Shown here one piece after another: positions 44,001-55,710 of a stretch of 64,000 nucleotides of DNA (positions within the stretch are counted from its first letter, which is position 1; each line of letters begins with the position of its first letter). The notes beneath the pieces were generated by a model that saw only the letters and a program-made list of their open reading frames with translations, did not search any database and was not told where the DNA came from. The stretch spans positions 14,136,001-14,200,000 of the forward strand of contig CM075985.1 of NCBI GenBank assembly GCA_038087875.1, given 5' to 3'. A program made the position numbers and the translations under genes. This DNA comes from Malacoraja senta. Its lineage: Eukaryota.

Positions 44001-44673
44001 AATTAATTGTTATCTTTATGGCATTTACCTTCATTTACCATATGGCTCCATTTACCTTCATGACAACAACCTCTCTTGAAAAAGAGTTTATTGTATGAAA
44101 TGTTGTGACATTTTCAGATATGACAACTACATTTGTTTTCAACTCACCATGTATGTTATTTTGTGGATTGCATTTCTCATGCTTGCTTTGTTATTAATCC
44201 TTATTTTGTATTAACTGCATTAACTGCAGTTTTCAGTTCATGGCAGAATGAGTCTGATTGAATGTTGCTGGTGTCCTCTTTTTGCCTATTTACTATGATA
44301 GAGCTTTTGGAATAACAAATATAGTTCGAGCAAAGTAATATAATTTGTGCATGCACTGGCCAAGCTGATTCTGAATCTCTCAGTCACTCGTCCTGTTTCT
44401 GTTTTGCAATATCTGTTGAATTGATCAAGTGTATGTCTGGCCGGAAGGAGGGTCATAACGTATTGTGTCATTCAAGCACAGAAACATGCACCATCTGCTT
44501 CTCTCAGACTTGTGGCTCATGGTTTGTTTACCAGTCAATTTCTTGGTCTCTACTCTAGATGGTTTATGAAGTATAACCATGTGAATCCAGAAGAGGCTGT
44601 GAGGATCCACATAGATGTTCAATCAAAGAGGTCTGTAGGAATACATTGGGGAACATTTGCTTTAGCTAATGAG
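31728..44673 (+). CDS. NAPEPLD: N-acyl-phosphatidylethanolamine-hydrolysing phospholipase D (metallo-beta-lactamase fold), spliced; last coding exon not in window
   Basis: Exons 31728-32024, 37854-38500 and 44559-44673 join in frame. Motifs [38 protein letters not shown] (HxHxDH), [25 protein letters not shown]. No stop codon reached. Confidence 0.96.
32255..32582. mobile_element. Penelope-derived repeat (hammerhead-type end on - strand)
   Basis: gtgacgtttcgggtcgagacttcttcagactg (rc: cagtCTGAAGAagtctcgacccGAAAcgtcac) plus a partial inverted arm at ~32553-32582. Confidence 0.75.
33225..33600 (+). mobile_element. Deu-domain SINE (SacSINE1/AmnSINE-like), interrupted by a hAT MITE
   Basis: ctagtgcagtgtcgagggattgc..gtgctgtctttcag..ctgtctgctccctc..gccaatattta..gtcattatc..gcttgtgggag. 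Confidence 0.65.
33419..33479. mobile_element. 61-bp hAT MITE
   Basis: Perfect 14-bp TIR CAGGGCCGGCCTTA and perfect 8-bp TSD ACTCCCGT (33411-33418, 33480-33487). Confidence 0.9.
34420..35090 (+). mobile_element. Degraded CR1 LINE fragment
   Basis: [19 protein letters not shown] remnant and CR1 tail. Confidence 0.78.
35680..35985 (+). mobile_element. HE1-type tRNA-derived V-SINE, near full length
   Basis: A-box tggtgtagtgg, B-box-like ggtttaatcc, V-domain, CR1-like 3' end and ctaaa tail. Confidence 0.88.
36025..36190 (+). mobile_element. Deu-domain SINE fragment
   Basis: ggctctagtgcagtgc..gtgctgtctttcagatgaga..cctgtctgctccctc..ggcactatttcaaagaaaagcag. Confidence 0.6.
36830..37000 (+). mobile_element. 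HE1 SINE 3' half
   Basis: caggtttgtaggttaatt...ggcctgtttccatgctgta. Confidence 0.75.
37854..38500 (+). CDS. NAPEPLD: NAPEPLD large catalytic exon (647 nt)
   Basis: [13 protein letters not shown]...[12 protein letters not shown]...PIGAYEP(R); cag acceptor, gtaagc donor. Confidence 0.97.
38551..38910. mobile_element. Penelope-derived element with ~100-bp inverted arms and a hammerhead ribozyme core
   Basis: Arm ~38577-38674 is the reverse complement of arm ~38814-38910; the right arm begins cagtCTGAAGAagggtctcgacccGAAAtgtc. Confidence 0.8.
38816..38850 (+). ncRNA. Putative minimal type I hammerhead ribozyme motif (possibly inactive)
   Basis: CUGAAGA (38820-38826), extra A, stem II GGGU/CUCG/ACCC, GAAA (38840-38843), UGUC cleavage context; stem I only ~2 bp. 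Confidence 0.5.
40146..40440 (-). mobile_element. HE1-type V-SINE inserted in a Deu-SINE remnant (~40075-40620)
   Basis: tttagagacatagcatggaaacaggcccttcggccc ... ctgggtctccggtgctgtgagg; flanks resemble the Deu core. Confidence 0.82.
41500..41612 (-). mobile_element. Penelope-derived repeat fragment
   Basis: ctgcagatgctgg...tgctggagttac...tcaggcagcatctgtggag...atgtttcaggtcagga. Confidence 0.6.
43040..43690 (+). mobile_element. Degraded Rex1 LINE fragment interrupted by a hAT element
   Basis: tcctggaccaac (SWT.N), gcactgtaggaagcatc, [19 protein letters not shown]. Confidence 0.7.
43107..43325. mobile_element. hAT-Charlie-like MITE (219 bp)
   Basis: 8-bp TSD CTCTACAT (43099-43106, 43326-43333); imperfect TIRs ctggggttcacaacc / ggttgggaacccttg. 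Confidence 0.82.
44559..44673 (+). CDS. NAPEPLD: NAPEPLD exon
   Basis: (R)[38 protein letters not shown]; tag acceptor, gtaagt donor. Confidence 0.95.
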
Positions 44674-45131
44674 GTAAGTAGTTTATAGCTCAAAGTTTCT
44701 TTTGTACGCTTCTAAAGTTGAAACTTAATTTTCACGTTTGGTATTCCTGTACTTTGATTTTAATGTTATTTACCTGCACAGATGGGAAGTATAACTAGCA
44801 ACCTATGAGGTCTTGTCCTACCAATTAAATGTCAACCTGGGTCAGTGTACATCAATGGACTGACCCCAGTGTACATGGACTGATAGCCATGAAGTGCATC
44901 ACAGCTGCCTGGTCCTTATCGTTAGGAAAGGGATTACTCACTACATGGTTTATTGGGTACTATTGGATGACAGCTAGTTTCAACTGGGATCCCGGTGAAA
45001 GTGGGTAAATGTTGGCCATGGGGCACAAGGCAATGAGGGAAAGTGAAATTTGACTCGACCTGCATAAGCAGCATTTTTAAAAATATTCATGCACAGGAAG
45101 TCAATATCACTGAGAGTTGATTTATTATCTA

Positions 45132-46381
45132 TCTATATTATTACTAAAACTCTCATCTTGACCACTTCCGGTCTGTGTTGTTTCTAAATTTGCGCAAAGA
45201 TGGTACCCTATATCGCTAGGATTACTCCCCACCTTACTCACCGTTCTCCTCTGCTCCAAGCACACCAAGTTTTGTTCCGATCGGTGGAAGATTACAAAAG
45301 TTATGAAGGTTTTAAAAATCGTGAGATCAGCAGATTGGTCTTCTCGCCTGTCAGTCACAATGAAGGTAACGCCCCTTCCGGCACCCGCTGGAGAATAAAG
45401 CCCCGGAGGCGGGGCTGACTCCGTGAGCACGTCCACAAGCCGTCCGTCCACAAGCCGCTGAGAATAAAGCTGAAGCAGCGGAGTGTGGGCTGTGTTTCGT
45501 GGGAGAGGGCGGGCTGTGTTTGCGGGCGGGGGCTGTGAGCGCGACAAGCGCTGGGGACTGGAGCAGCTGAGTGAGTCCAGAGCCGGGTCCTGGAGCCAGG
45601 AGTGCGGCCGGGGCCGGGAACCGGTGAGCCCTCCCACACTCCTCCCCGAAACCCTCCACACCCCCCCTACCCCACACCTCCCCTACCCCACACCCCCCTA
45701 CCCCACACATCCCCCCCTACCCCACACATCCCCCCCTACCCCACACATCCCCCCCTACCCCACACATCCCCCCCTACCCCACACTTCCCCCCTACCCCAC
45801 ACTTCCCCCCTACCCCACACTTCCCCCCTACCCCACACTTCGCTCCCTACCCCACACTTCGCTCCCTACCCCACACTTCGCTCCCTACCCCACACTTCCC
45901 CTACCCCACACTTCCCCTACCCCACACTTCCCCTACCCCACACTTCCCCTACCCCACACTTCCCCTACCCCACACTTCCCCTACCCCACACTTCCCCTAC
46001 CCCACACTTCCCCTACCCCACACTTCCCCTACCCCACACCCCCAATCCCCACACACTCCCCCTACCACCCCTACCATCCACACCCCCTACCCCCACAACC
46101 CCCTACCACCACATCCACGCACTCCGCTCCCCCACGCACTCCGCTCCCCCACACACTCCGCTCCCCCACCCCCCCCCCCCCACCAGCCCCCGACAAGCCC
46201 CGCCTGAAGCCGTCCCCCTTCCCTGGCTGCAGGACGCTTCCCGCCTGAAGCTGTCTCCGTCCCCCGGCTACAGAACGCTCCCGCCGTTGCATTGGGGGAA
46301 TATTGCGTTGGGGGGAATGGGTTGTGTTGGGGGACTAGGCCTCCTGTGTGACTGGGACCTGAAGGGTCACACTTAGTCTAG
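45132..46381 (+). mobile_element. Non-autonomous Helitron
   Basis: A|TCTATATTATTACTAAAAC 5' end; 3' GC-rich hairpin (gtgtgac..gtcacac or tgggacc..ggtcaca) a few nt before CTAG|T; inserted between A and T; no TIR. Confidence 0.8.
45655..46185. repeat. C-rich minisatellite (CCCCTACCCCACACTT)n, 16-19-bp units
   Basis: Directly visible tandem array with blocks of variant units. Confidence 0.95.
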
Positions 46382-48094
46382 TCTATCCCTAAATGCCTCT
46401 GTACAATGGAGGCAGTTAGTATTCAATAACATTGATATCTAGTCAGACTACATAAGGCCAACACATTTCCTCACCAGAATGAGCTAAATGAAATGGATGG
46501 ATTTTTACTATCCATAGTTTCATGATCATCATTGTTCAAAGTTGCTTTTTTAATGCTAGATAAATTGTAATCTTCCAACTGCAACTGCAATGGCATGATT
46601 CATACTTATTTCCCTGGATCAATTGTCCAGACTCCTGGATGGAAATACAGTAAATGTTGGAGTGAGAGAGGTCCCTAACCCCTCCAACCCCAATCCATTT
46701 TCCTAGGTCAGGAAAATGTTAAACAAACTGCAACTGGAACACACCACAAGGGAGGTTGTCCAACTAAAGATGTGGAATCATGGGATTCTCTCAAAGGCAC
46801 TGGAAAAGATGGTAAGATGTTCAAAGCTACTAAATGGCTGAATAATATAAAATTACTTGCAGATCCATTTGAAAGAGGAGACGCCCAATAAGCCTATTGA
46901 CACACAAAAAAAACATTGCCCTGACTGAGCTTATTTCAGGACAATCTTGGTATTTGGTCTGGTATGTTATGAAGGGCAGGTTGCTCACAAAATTACCAAC
47001 ATCATTTAAGGAAAGTCAAACGTTTTAAGATTTCATAACTGTGACATATTAAAAGTTTTGGACATGTGGACCCATAGTACAGTAATATCATTGAGAATAT
47101 TTGGTTATGCTTCTAACCAAATAGTTTGGAACAAGGAATGGGTCAACCCTGATTCCAACTGTTATTAAGCTGGCAGGTGGAAGGAAAAATCGACTCCAAT
47201 TCTAATTTTGGATCACCAACCACTCTCTTTTGTTGGCAATTTTTCATTCCTCCACTCTCCCCCAAGCACGTTGACTCCATTCTTGAATATAGGCTTTGTG
47301 TTGACGTTGACAAAAGGGCTGTATGTTCCGTTGCCATCCCTCACAATAAACCCTTCCAATACCATTGCATTTTTAGATGCTGTAAGTGAGCTAAGTACAT
47401 TACTCTGGTTAACATTCTCCTTATTATTGGCCATAATGTGTTTGTAAAGTTTGATCTGTTACAGACTTGCTGAGAAAGTCAGTTCTTTTCTCTTACAGCA
47501 CTGATTAGCACCTCTTGTATTTTAATTGCCTGTTGATGTGATTCTTCATCTCAAGAGTAATAAAAAGCATCAGGGTCTATAATTAAATTCAGAGATAAAA
47601 TATATTATTATTAAAAATGCTTTCTTGTATGTGGAAATATCAACATAATTTGCACCTCGTCTGAGTCATGATGCCACTGTGTATTTCTTGTAATTACCTG
47701 TAAATAAACCACAAGTCCAGGCAAAATTTCCATTGTAAAGGTTATTTACAGTGTGGATGTTCCAGTTGCCCTATTCACTGATTTGTGGTGGGTCATATTG
47801 CTGTTTGAATAGGACTTCACCTTTCCCTACTTTAGCCCAATTTTTAAAAAACTATTCTGTCTCTTCAATATTGTGTGCAAGATCCTTTCCCAAAAAAATA
47901 TAATCAAAAGCATAACTTCATCCTTCAGGATAAATTAAAATAAATGACATACTAATTTGTTTAAAAAACATACTCTGCAGTTTATTTTCTGCTCAATTTC
48001 AAAGAAGATATTAGCTGGGATGTGTTTCTGAAGATATAAATCAGAAATGTGCTGCTTGAACGCACCTGACCTATTAGCCAGGGTGCATTTTTAC

Positions 48095-49180
48095 ACACCG
48101 GCCTACATGTCCCAGCTACACTAGTCTCACCTGCTTGCGCTTGGTTCATATCCCTCCAAACCTGTCTTATCCATGTACCTGTCTAACTGTTTCTTAAACG
48201 TTGGGATAGCCCCAGCCTCAACTACCTCTTCTGGCAGCTTGTTCCATACACCCACCACCCTTTGTATGAAAAAGTTACCCCTCGGATTCCTATTAAATCT
48301 TTTCCCCTTCACCTTGAACCTATATCCTCTGGTCCTACTCTGGGTAAGAGATTCGGTGCATCTACCCAATCTATTCCTGTCATGATTTTATAGACCTCTG
48401 TAAGATCACCCCTCATCCTCCTGTGCTCCAAGGAATAGAAACCCAGCCTACTCAACCTCTCCCAATGACTCAGTCCTGGCAACATCCTCATAAATCTTCT
48501 GTGAACCCTTTCATGCTTGACAATATCTTTTCTATAATATGGTGCTCAGAACTGAACACAATACTCGAAATGCGGTCTCACAAACGTCTTATACAACTGC
48601 AACATGACCTTCCAACTTCTATACTCAATTCTCTGACTGATGAAGGCCAATGTGTCAAAAGCCTTTTTGACCACCTTATCTACCTGCAACTTGACCGTCA
48701 AGGAACCATGCACTTGCACTCCGAGATCCTTCAGCTCTATAACACTCTCCAGAGGCCTACCATTCACTGTGTAGGTCCTGCCCTTGTTAGACATCCCAAA
48801 ATGCAACACCTCACACTTTTCTGTATTAAATTCCATCAACCATTCCTCAGCCCACCTGGCCAATCGATCCTGCTGCAATCTTTCACAACCATCTTCACTG
48901 TCTGCAAAACCACCCACTTTTGTATCATCAGCAAACTTGCTAATCTTCCCCTGTATGTTCTCATCCAAATCATTAATGTAGATGACGAACAGTAACAGAC
49001 CCAGCACCGAACCCTGAGGTACACCACTAGTCTCAGGCCTACAGTCCGAGAAGCAACCTTCCACCATCACCCTCTGCTTCCTTCCATGAAGCCAATTTGC
49101 TATCCATTCAGCTATTTTTCCTTGGATCCCATGTGATTTAACCTTCCAGAGCAGCCTACCATGTGGAACCTTGTCGATGA
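48095..49180 (-). mobile_element. CR1 LINE, 5'-truncated (RT domain to 3' end)
   Basis: [55 protein letters not shown]. Confidence 0.92.
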
Positions 49181-49189
49181 TGTTAGGCA

Positions 49190-50740
49190 GAGTGCTTTTC
49201 TGAAAGTATTAGACAAGTTGCGTTTCCTGGAGGTTTTAGCAATGGCGACTTCCTGAAATTATTTGATAGAAGGTAATTGAAGGTAATGCAAAAGGTGTAA
49301 CTCCTGAAAGTATTAGCCGGCATGCAATTCATTGAAGTATTCACCAGGTGTGTTTCGTAAACCTATTAGCCAAGCTGTGTTTCCTGAAGATACACGTCAC
49401 AATTGTCCTTAAGCTATTAGCCAGGGTATGTTTCCAGTGGGTATAGGAACACCTTTACCGTAGCATTTTAGCCTTAAGGTATTAGCCAAGTTGTTCTTCC
49501 TGAAAGTATTAACCAAGGTAAATTTCCTGGATGTGGCTGAAAGTATTAACCAGATTGTATCCAGTCAAACTTGATAATATTGGACATAGTAAACTGCCTT
49601 GAGGTGCCTGAAGACATTACTAAGGATTTGTTTCCTGAAAATGTTGGACAGGGCAGAAGATGTTTGAAGCTATTAGCTGTGCTAACCAAAAATATTAACC
49701 AGTGTGATTTTCTTTTATCTATCAATCAGAATGCGTTTGTTTCCCAAAGTTGTCTGAATGCATTAACTCAACTGCACTTCCTATGTGTATCTACATAGTG
49801 TGTTAAGGTATCAGACAAACGATGTTCCTGCAGGTATTAACCAGGAGGCACCTCCACAAAGATATTAGGCAGGATGCATCTTCTGTAGGTGGCTCTGGGT
49901 ATTTGCTAGGATGTGCTTCATGTAGATGTCGGTGAGATATTTTATTTTCTGAAATTATTATTTGGGATGGATTTCCTTAAAATATTATTTGTTCTTTTCC
50001 TGAAAATATTATCTGTGGTCTGTTTCCTGAAGCATTGCTCTGGGGGTATTTCCTGAAGGCATTTGTTCATGTGTGTTTCTAAGGTTTTAGCTGAGATGTG
50101 CTTTGTGAAGTTAATAACCTTGATGTGATGTGTATCTACACAGCGGTTCAAGGTATTAGGCAAATTATGTTCCTGCAGGTACTAATCAGGGTGAAATTCC
50201 ACAAAGAATTTTGGCAAAAAAACAAAAAAGCTTTTCACTGTACCTCGGTACACGTGACAATAAACGAAACTACACATTAGTTTGGTTTATTGTCACACTT
50301 TAGTGTGTCAAGCTTTAGTTTAGTTTAGTTTATTATCAGAAGCTAAAGATATTAGCTCAGGTGTTTTCCCCAGAAGTATTGCCCAGGTTATGCTTCCTGA
50401 AGGCATGAGCCAGAATATGATTGTTCATAGTATTAATTGTGGTGCATTTCCTGAAGCTATGATCTAGGTTGTATTTCCTAAAAATTGGGTGTGGTTCCCA
50501 AAGTTTTCAGGCAGAGTGTGTTTCATGAATGTATTAACCATGGTGTAATTCATTAACAATATAGCTAGTGTGTACGTCTTGAGGGTTTTAGCTAGGGCGT
50601 GTTCTTCGAAGGTTTTAGATGGGGTATGTTATGCAAAGTCAGCTGAAGCTACTCAGCAGGTGTCTTTTCTGAAGTTTCCCAAAAGTATTAGCAAAGCTGT
50701 ATTTCCTGAACATATTAGTCACCATGCTCTTCCCAAAGTC
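49190..50740. repeat. Old degenerate ~30-bp tandem satellite (consensus ~GTGTTTCCTGAAGGTATTAGCCAGG)
   Basis: Dozens of imperfect ttcctgaa..tattagcca units; further units at ~48000-48092 on the other side of the CR1. Confidence 0.75.
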
Positions 50741-51109
50741 ACTGTTATCCCATGTATATTTATTTTAAATTATCCAGGTAAAATTATCCCGATGACGATA
50801 CCCAGGTTACATTTACAGGTAAATAAATGATGACAATACACAGCGATCCAGTACAGGTCGGTTCAAGTCATCTGGAATGCTGAGAGTTTTATTTAGAAAA
50901 GGTCATGGATCTGATTACCTTCTTTCAGTTGTGTTTGGAAGAGCTGAATGGCATGAATGGACAAGAAAGTGCAACTGTGGATAAGTAGCCCACATACCTG
51001 AGTTTCATCTCTCTTGTGTAACTTTAATGTAAAAACAACAGCCAGTGGTAATGTGAGGAGAAATGGTATAAAGAAATTTAAATTGATCATAGAGTAGTGG
51101 TTGGGATGT

Positions 51110-51700
51110 TGACCATTGAAGTTGGGACGTCATGTTGCAGTTATATAAGACGTTGGCGAGGCCACATTTAGAGTATTGTGTTCAATTTTGGTCACCATGT
51201 TATAGGAAAAATGTTGTCAAGGTGGAAAGGATGCAAAGAAGATTTACGAGGATGTTGCCAGGTCCTGAGCTACAGGGAGAGTTTGAGCAGCACAGGACTT
51301 TATTCCTTGGAGCAGAGGAGGTTGAGGGTGATCTTATAAAGGTGTACAAAATCATGAGAGGAATAGATCAGTTAAACACACGGTGTCTTTAGCCCAGAGT
51401 AGGGGAATCAAGGACCGGAGGACACGGGCTTAAGGTGAGGGGAGAAAGATTTAATAGAAACCTGAGGGATAACTTTTTAATACAAAGGGTGATGTGTGTA
51501 TGGAACGAGCTGCCGGAAAAAGTAGTTGAGACATGGTACTATCACAACATTTAAGAAACATTTAGACGGGTATGTGGATAGAATAGGTTTGGAGGGATAA
51601 GGGCCAAACATGGGCAGATAGGACTAGTGAAGTTGGTGCATGTTGGTCAGCGTGGGCAAGTTGGGCCGAAGGGTCTGTTTCCCTGCTCTATGACTCTATC
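51110..51700 (+). mobile_element. CR1 LINE 3' fragment
   Basis: [26 protein letters not shown].. plus tail gggccgaagggtctgtttccctgctctatgactctat. Confidence 0.88.
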
Positions 51701-52539
51701 AGCTATTCATAAAACACACAACTAGGTATTCAACCAGCAGTTGTAATCAACTCCATTCCATCCACATTATGTTTGTTACGTGAAAACCTGGGAAGGTTCT
51801 GTTGTGACTGTGCGCAATGATTGCCTATTTATTTCCTGAACTGCATATCTTTTCCCCAGGCAGTAATCTAATTTATCCACTTTAATTCTGTATAACATTT
51901 GGATAATTTTATTCACATGCAGATTACACCTGTTAATTTATGGCTTTTGAACATTTTCCCTGGTCAATAAAATCCAGAATATTCATGCATCACAAATTTC
52001 AGCATTTAAACTTGGAATTATATAAATCAAAACCAAATTAGGGTTGTTAATCTTGGGGGTTCTAGCACATCATGTCTGGATTGGGTCCATCTCTTCCCTT
52101 CAGCTGACTGGTACGACTAGTCACCATGCTTTTCCACCAGTTTGACAGGTCTCCGAGGATAGGCAATAGATGTACCCATATCCCAAGCCATCCTCCTATA
52201 ACCAGGCTAATCACACAGAAATGACTATCTATACAACACCACTCTGCACATTCAGACACTAGCCCAAATTGTAACCATTTGCTTCATTCCAGAGAGAAGG
52301 GTCAATCTTTTTTAGCTTATTGTTGTTATAATGATATGTGATCAGGATGATAATGTAGGAAAATGATACATTGTTGAGTACAACAATGGCAAGGAGGTAA
52401 ATTAAAAACAATAGAAGCGGTCATTAGACCAGAATACCGCAGAACACTTTAATTCAACTGTGTTGTTATAAATCCAGCTTCCTCATGTTGTTAACCTCAG
52501 TTGAGTCAGGCGCAGCTGATTAAATGACCTTATTTTAAT

Positions 52540-52810
52540 TTGGCTATGAGACGAGTTATGCCCGTCGAGTCTATGCTGATTCACAAAGCAGACCTATCAG
52601 TTTCTCTAGAAATCGATTCTTCCTCCCACACCCATCAACTTCCCCCTGATTCTCGTGTCACCACCCATATTAGGGGCACCCATATAGTAAATCTACCAGC
52701 AGGCACTTCTTTAGGTTGTGGGAGGAAATGAGAGCACATGCAAAAACCCATGTGGTCAGTGCGAAAACGTATGAACTCCACACAAACAGCACCAGGAATC
52801 AGGATCAAGG
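52540..52810 (-). mobile_element. Degraded HE1 SINE
   Basis: V-domain-like gggaggaaatgagagcac..aaaacccatgtggtca..aactccacacaaacagcacc. Confidence 0.6.
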
Positions 52811-55249
52811 TCACAGACGATTAGGAGCTGGTGGACAGAAATGTTTCAGGTAATTGACATTACTTGGAATATTGTTTCTCTTTCTCCACAGATGCTCACT
52901 GACCTGTCACGTACTCCAGCATATTTATTACAGATTTCCAGCATCGGCAATTCTTTTGCTTTTTTTTTGTGTCAAAAATCTTCTAGCTCCACCAATATGG
53001 TGCCCAGGATCATGATAGGTTTGGCTGGCAGTGAAGGTGAGTAAGGAGCGCTGGGAGGGGGGGGGGGGTGGGGGAGGGGGGGGAGAGTTGCAGTGCACCA
53101 ATAGTGTAGGTGGTGTAGGACTTGTGATGAGGATGGATCTGAGAAGTCCAGGGGAGGTACTGAGGACATGAGTGAACAGAAACTGAATTGGGTTAAGGAA
53201 TACAGGGCACATAAACAATTAAACCATGATGTGAAATGGTGAAGGTTGTTAAGTTGGGAAAAATACATCTCTGTTAGCTGACATGTTTGTGGTAAAGTTC
53301 ACAGAGCAATTAAAAGGTTTACAAACTGTTGGTGTGTTCTATTGAAATGTCCAATCTTTACTTAGTGCCAGAAGGACTTTAATCCTTTCCCCTGGTCTGT
53401 CTTGAGTTCAGGTCCAGCTCCAGTTGTCAGCAATTACTCTTTCTTCCAGATGGTGCTGCTGTCTTCGCTTCCATTCCTTGTTCAGCTGCCTCCATTGTGC
53501 TTTTATTCCTGCTCACTTTAATCAAACCACCCTTTGTCTCTTTTCCTCTTGTCTGGCTCCTCTGTTGATAGAGATATATAAAAGATAGAAGAAGGCAGAG
53601 AGGGATAAGGGGAAATGGAGCCCACGAGAAAGGGGTTAAAAGTAAAATTGAACATTCTGAACTGTTGAGAGCTGCAGCAGCAACTTATTATGTGAGGAAT
53701 GACGCTGTGAACTGGTCTCTAAAGACGGTGGTGCAGCCTTTCTGTGTGGTGCCCCGCTCTCACCCCCGCTCCTGGGCATCATTCAAACATACATAAGGCC
53801 AGCAGAGCTTTTATTCGAGAGGGAATATTGTTCTTGAAGCAGTCACGTGGTTTCAAACAATTTTCGGTAACTTTCAAGACAGCATACATGTTTGTAATTA
53901 TCACTGATATATCCTCTGGGTTTAAAGGCATTTTTTTGTCAGTTAAATGTTTGTTTAGTCAAAGGGAAAATTAGCTAACTTCCAACCAAAAAAAACCTAA
54001 TGATGTTAATAGCTACAGTACGTATAGGTAAAGCCATACAGATATAGGCTGTACTCTTATCTTCAGGAACTAAACCATACAGTATTTATTTTTTCAGCCT
54101 CTTGCATCATTAGTAGGAGGGCAGGACAAACTGCAAACAGTGGTGTATGATTCATCGGTTTGAAAATGAGGGTGACGTGAGAATGTAGGCATGAGATTGT
54201 CATATGGTGCATGATTAGAGGAAATTGAGTATTATAAATGAATCTTTACTGATATTTACTTGAGATTTTCCAGGAAAAGGCTCATTTGTGAGGTTTTGTG
54301 GTGCCAACCTAATGTATTTCTGATCCATCGTGTAATTTGCAAATGGGAGGTACATTTTATCAGTAATAGAAATTCCATAATTTCAGCCCTGATCTGGAAC
54401 CAAAAAAATATTTAAAGACAATAGTTTCCAAACCCCTGGAAGTTTTTAGATTTAAAAAGACTAATACATTTTAATAATGTTTACACTAACACATTACCAA
54501 CAGTACTTAATTGACTGTAAATTGTATTGGGACTTCCTGAGATGGAGGAAACCACTATAGAAATAGTTTACTTTTTTCTTTATCGTCTCCATCCTGTAGA
54601 TTACTTTCAAATACATTATTTTTTTGCATAGGAATAAAATAAATTGGACATGTTTATCAGCTAACACTGTTGAAAAGTAAATCAAAATGCAAACCCATAC
54701 ATTTAACATACGGCAAGTTTCAGATTAGCAGTGCAATGATAGAACTTGCACTTACTCAACGGCTTTTCCCTCCATTCTTCAGCTATGGTGCAAACCTTTG
54801 CATTACTTGGAAATTGATTTATTTTAGTGTGTCAATAAATTAGCCAGAAAAGAAGGTCAAGGGGAAGCGTCAGGGCAGGAGGTAGAGGAAATTGTTGGTT
54901 AACATAAAAGGCACTGGATGCAAATCTGGTTGTGCTAAAAATCATTTGAAAAGGGGGCTTCTTATTGCCAAACTCCTTTTGATCTGTCCTGCATTTGTAT
55001 GATGAAGACTTGTATTCTGCTGAGCTGTAATTGTATTAGAGACAACTAGATTTTCGCTTTAAGCTCTAAATGTATTTATGTTTGCAGAGGTTGTTGGGAG
55101 GACGGCTCAATAACAGTATGCCAAGTAGGCAAAAGTGCCATTTCAGGTGAATGCCTGGTGTGCATTTATTACAGAATGACAGAAATTATAGTCTTGAACA
55201 GAGAGCACATCAAAAATATGTGATTAAGCTAGAGATGATACAGAAGATT

Positions 55250-55710
55250 TGATTACACTAGAGAAGATGCAGATGCAAGGTTTGAATTCAAAGGACAGTA
55301 TGGATTGGCTTGGATGGTTTGGCCTGCAGCAAAGGATGCTGGGAGGAGACATGATAGCGGTATATAAGATTGTGTGAGATACTGATAGGGCAGAGAGCCA
55401 GGGTCTGTTTCTCATGGTATTGGTGTCTAAAAATAGAGACCATTGGTATAAGGTGAATGGTTTAAGAAATCTGAGGGGTAAATGTTTCATACAAAGAGTA
55501 ATGGCATCTGGAACGAGCTGCCAGAGCAGTTGTGAAAGCAAGAATGGTAACAGCACTTAAGGGCCATCTGGAATGGTACTTGAATGAGCAGGGCACAGAG
55601 GGATATGGAATTAATGCAGGCAAGTAGGAGTAATATAGATGGGCATGGTGGGCAGCATAGATTTAGGGGGCAAAGGGCCTTCTTCCATAGGGCACATCTA
55701 TATGACTGTG
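55250..55710 (+). mobile_element. Degraded CR1 LINE 3' fragment
   Basis: ggagacatgatagcggtatataagat..tctggaacgagctgccagag..caaagggcct. Confidence 0.75.

Noticed and set aside
45483-46376. 297-aa Pro/His/Thr-rich ORF (and overlapping 201-aa ORF) resembling an extensin-like protein
   Set aside because: It is a translation of the C-rich minisatellite inside the Helitron; the lack of stops follows from base composition and there is no gene context.
49190-50740. Regularly spaced ~30-bp repeats superficially like a CRISPR array
   Set aside because: Vertebrate intron; units are degenerate and tandem without unique spacers; no cas genes or leader.
52858-52869. CATTACTTGGAA (HYLE) as the start of the missing last NAPEPLD exon
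   Set aside because: Not preceded by an AG acceptor, continues YC rather than PP, and lies in a repeat remnant.
54801-54812. Second CATTACTTGGAA (HYLE) candidate for the last NAPEPLD exon
   Set aside because: Preceded by tttg rather than AG, and the downstream codons (IDL..) do not resemble the expected PP..L.EAL..HGES C-terminus. The last exon is probably beyond 64000.
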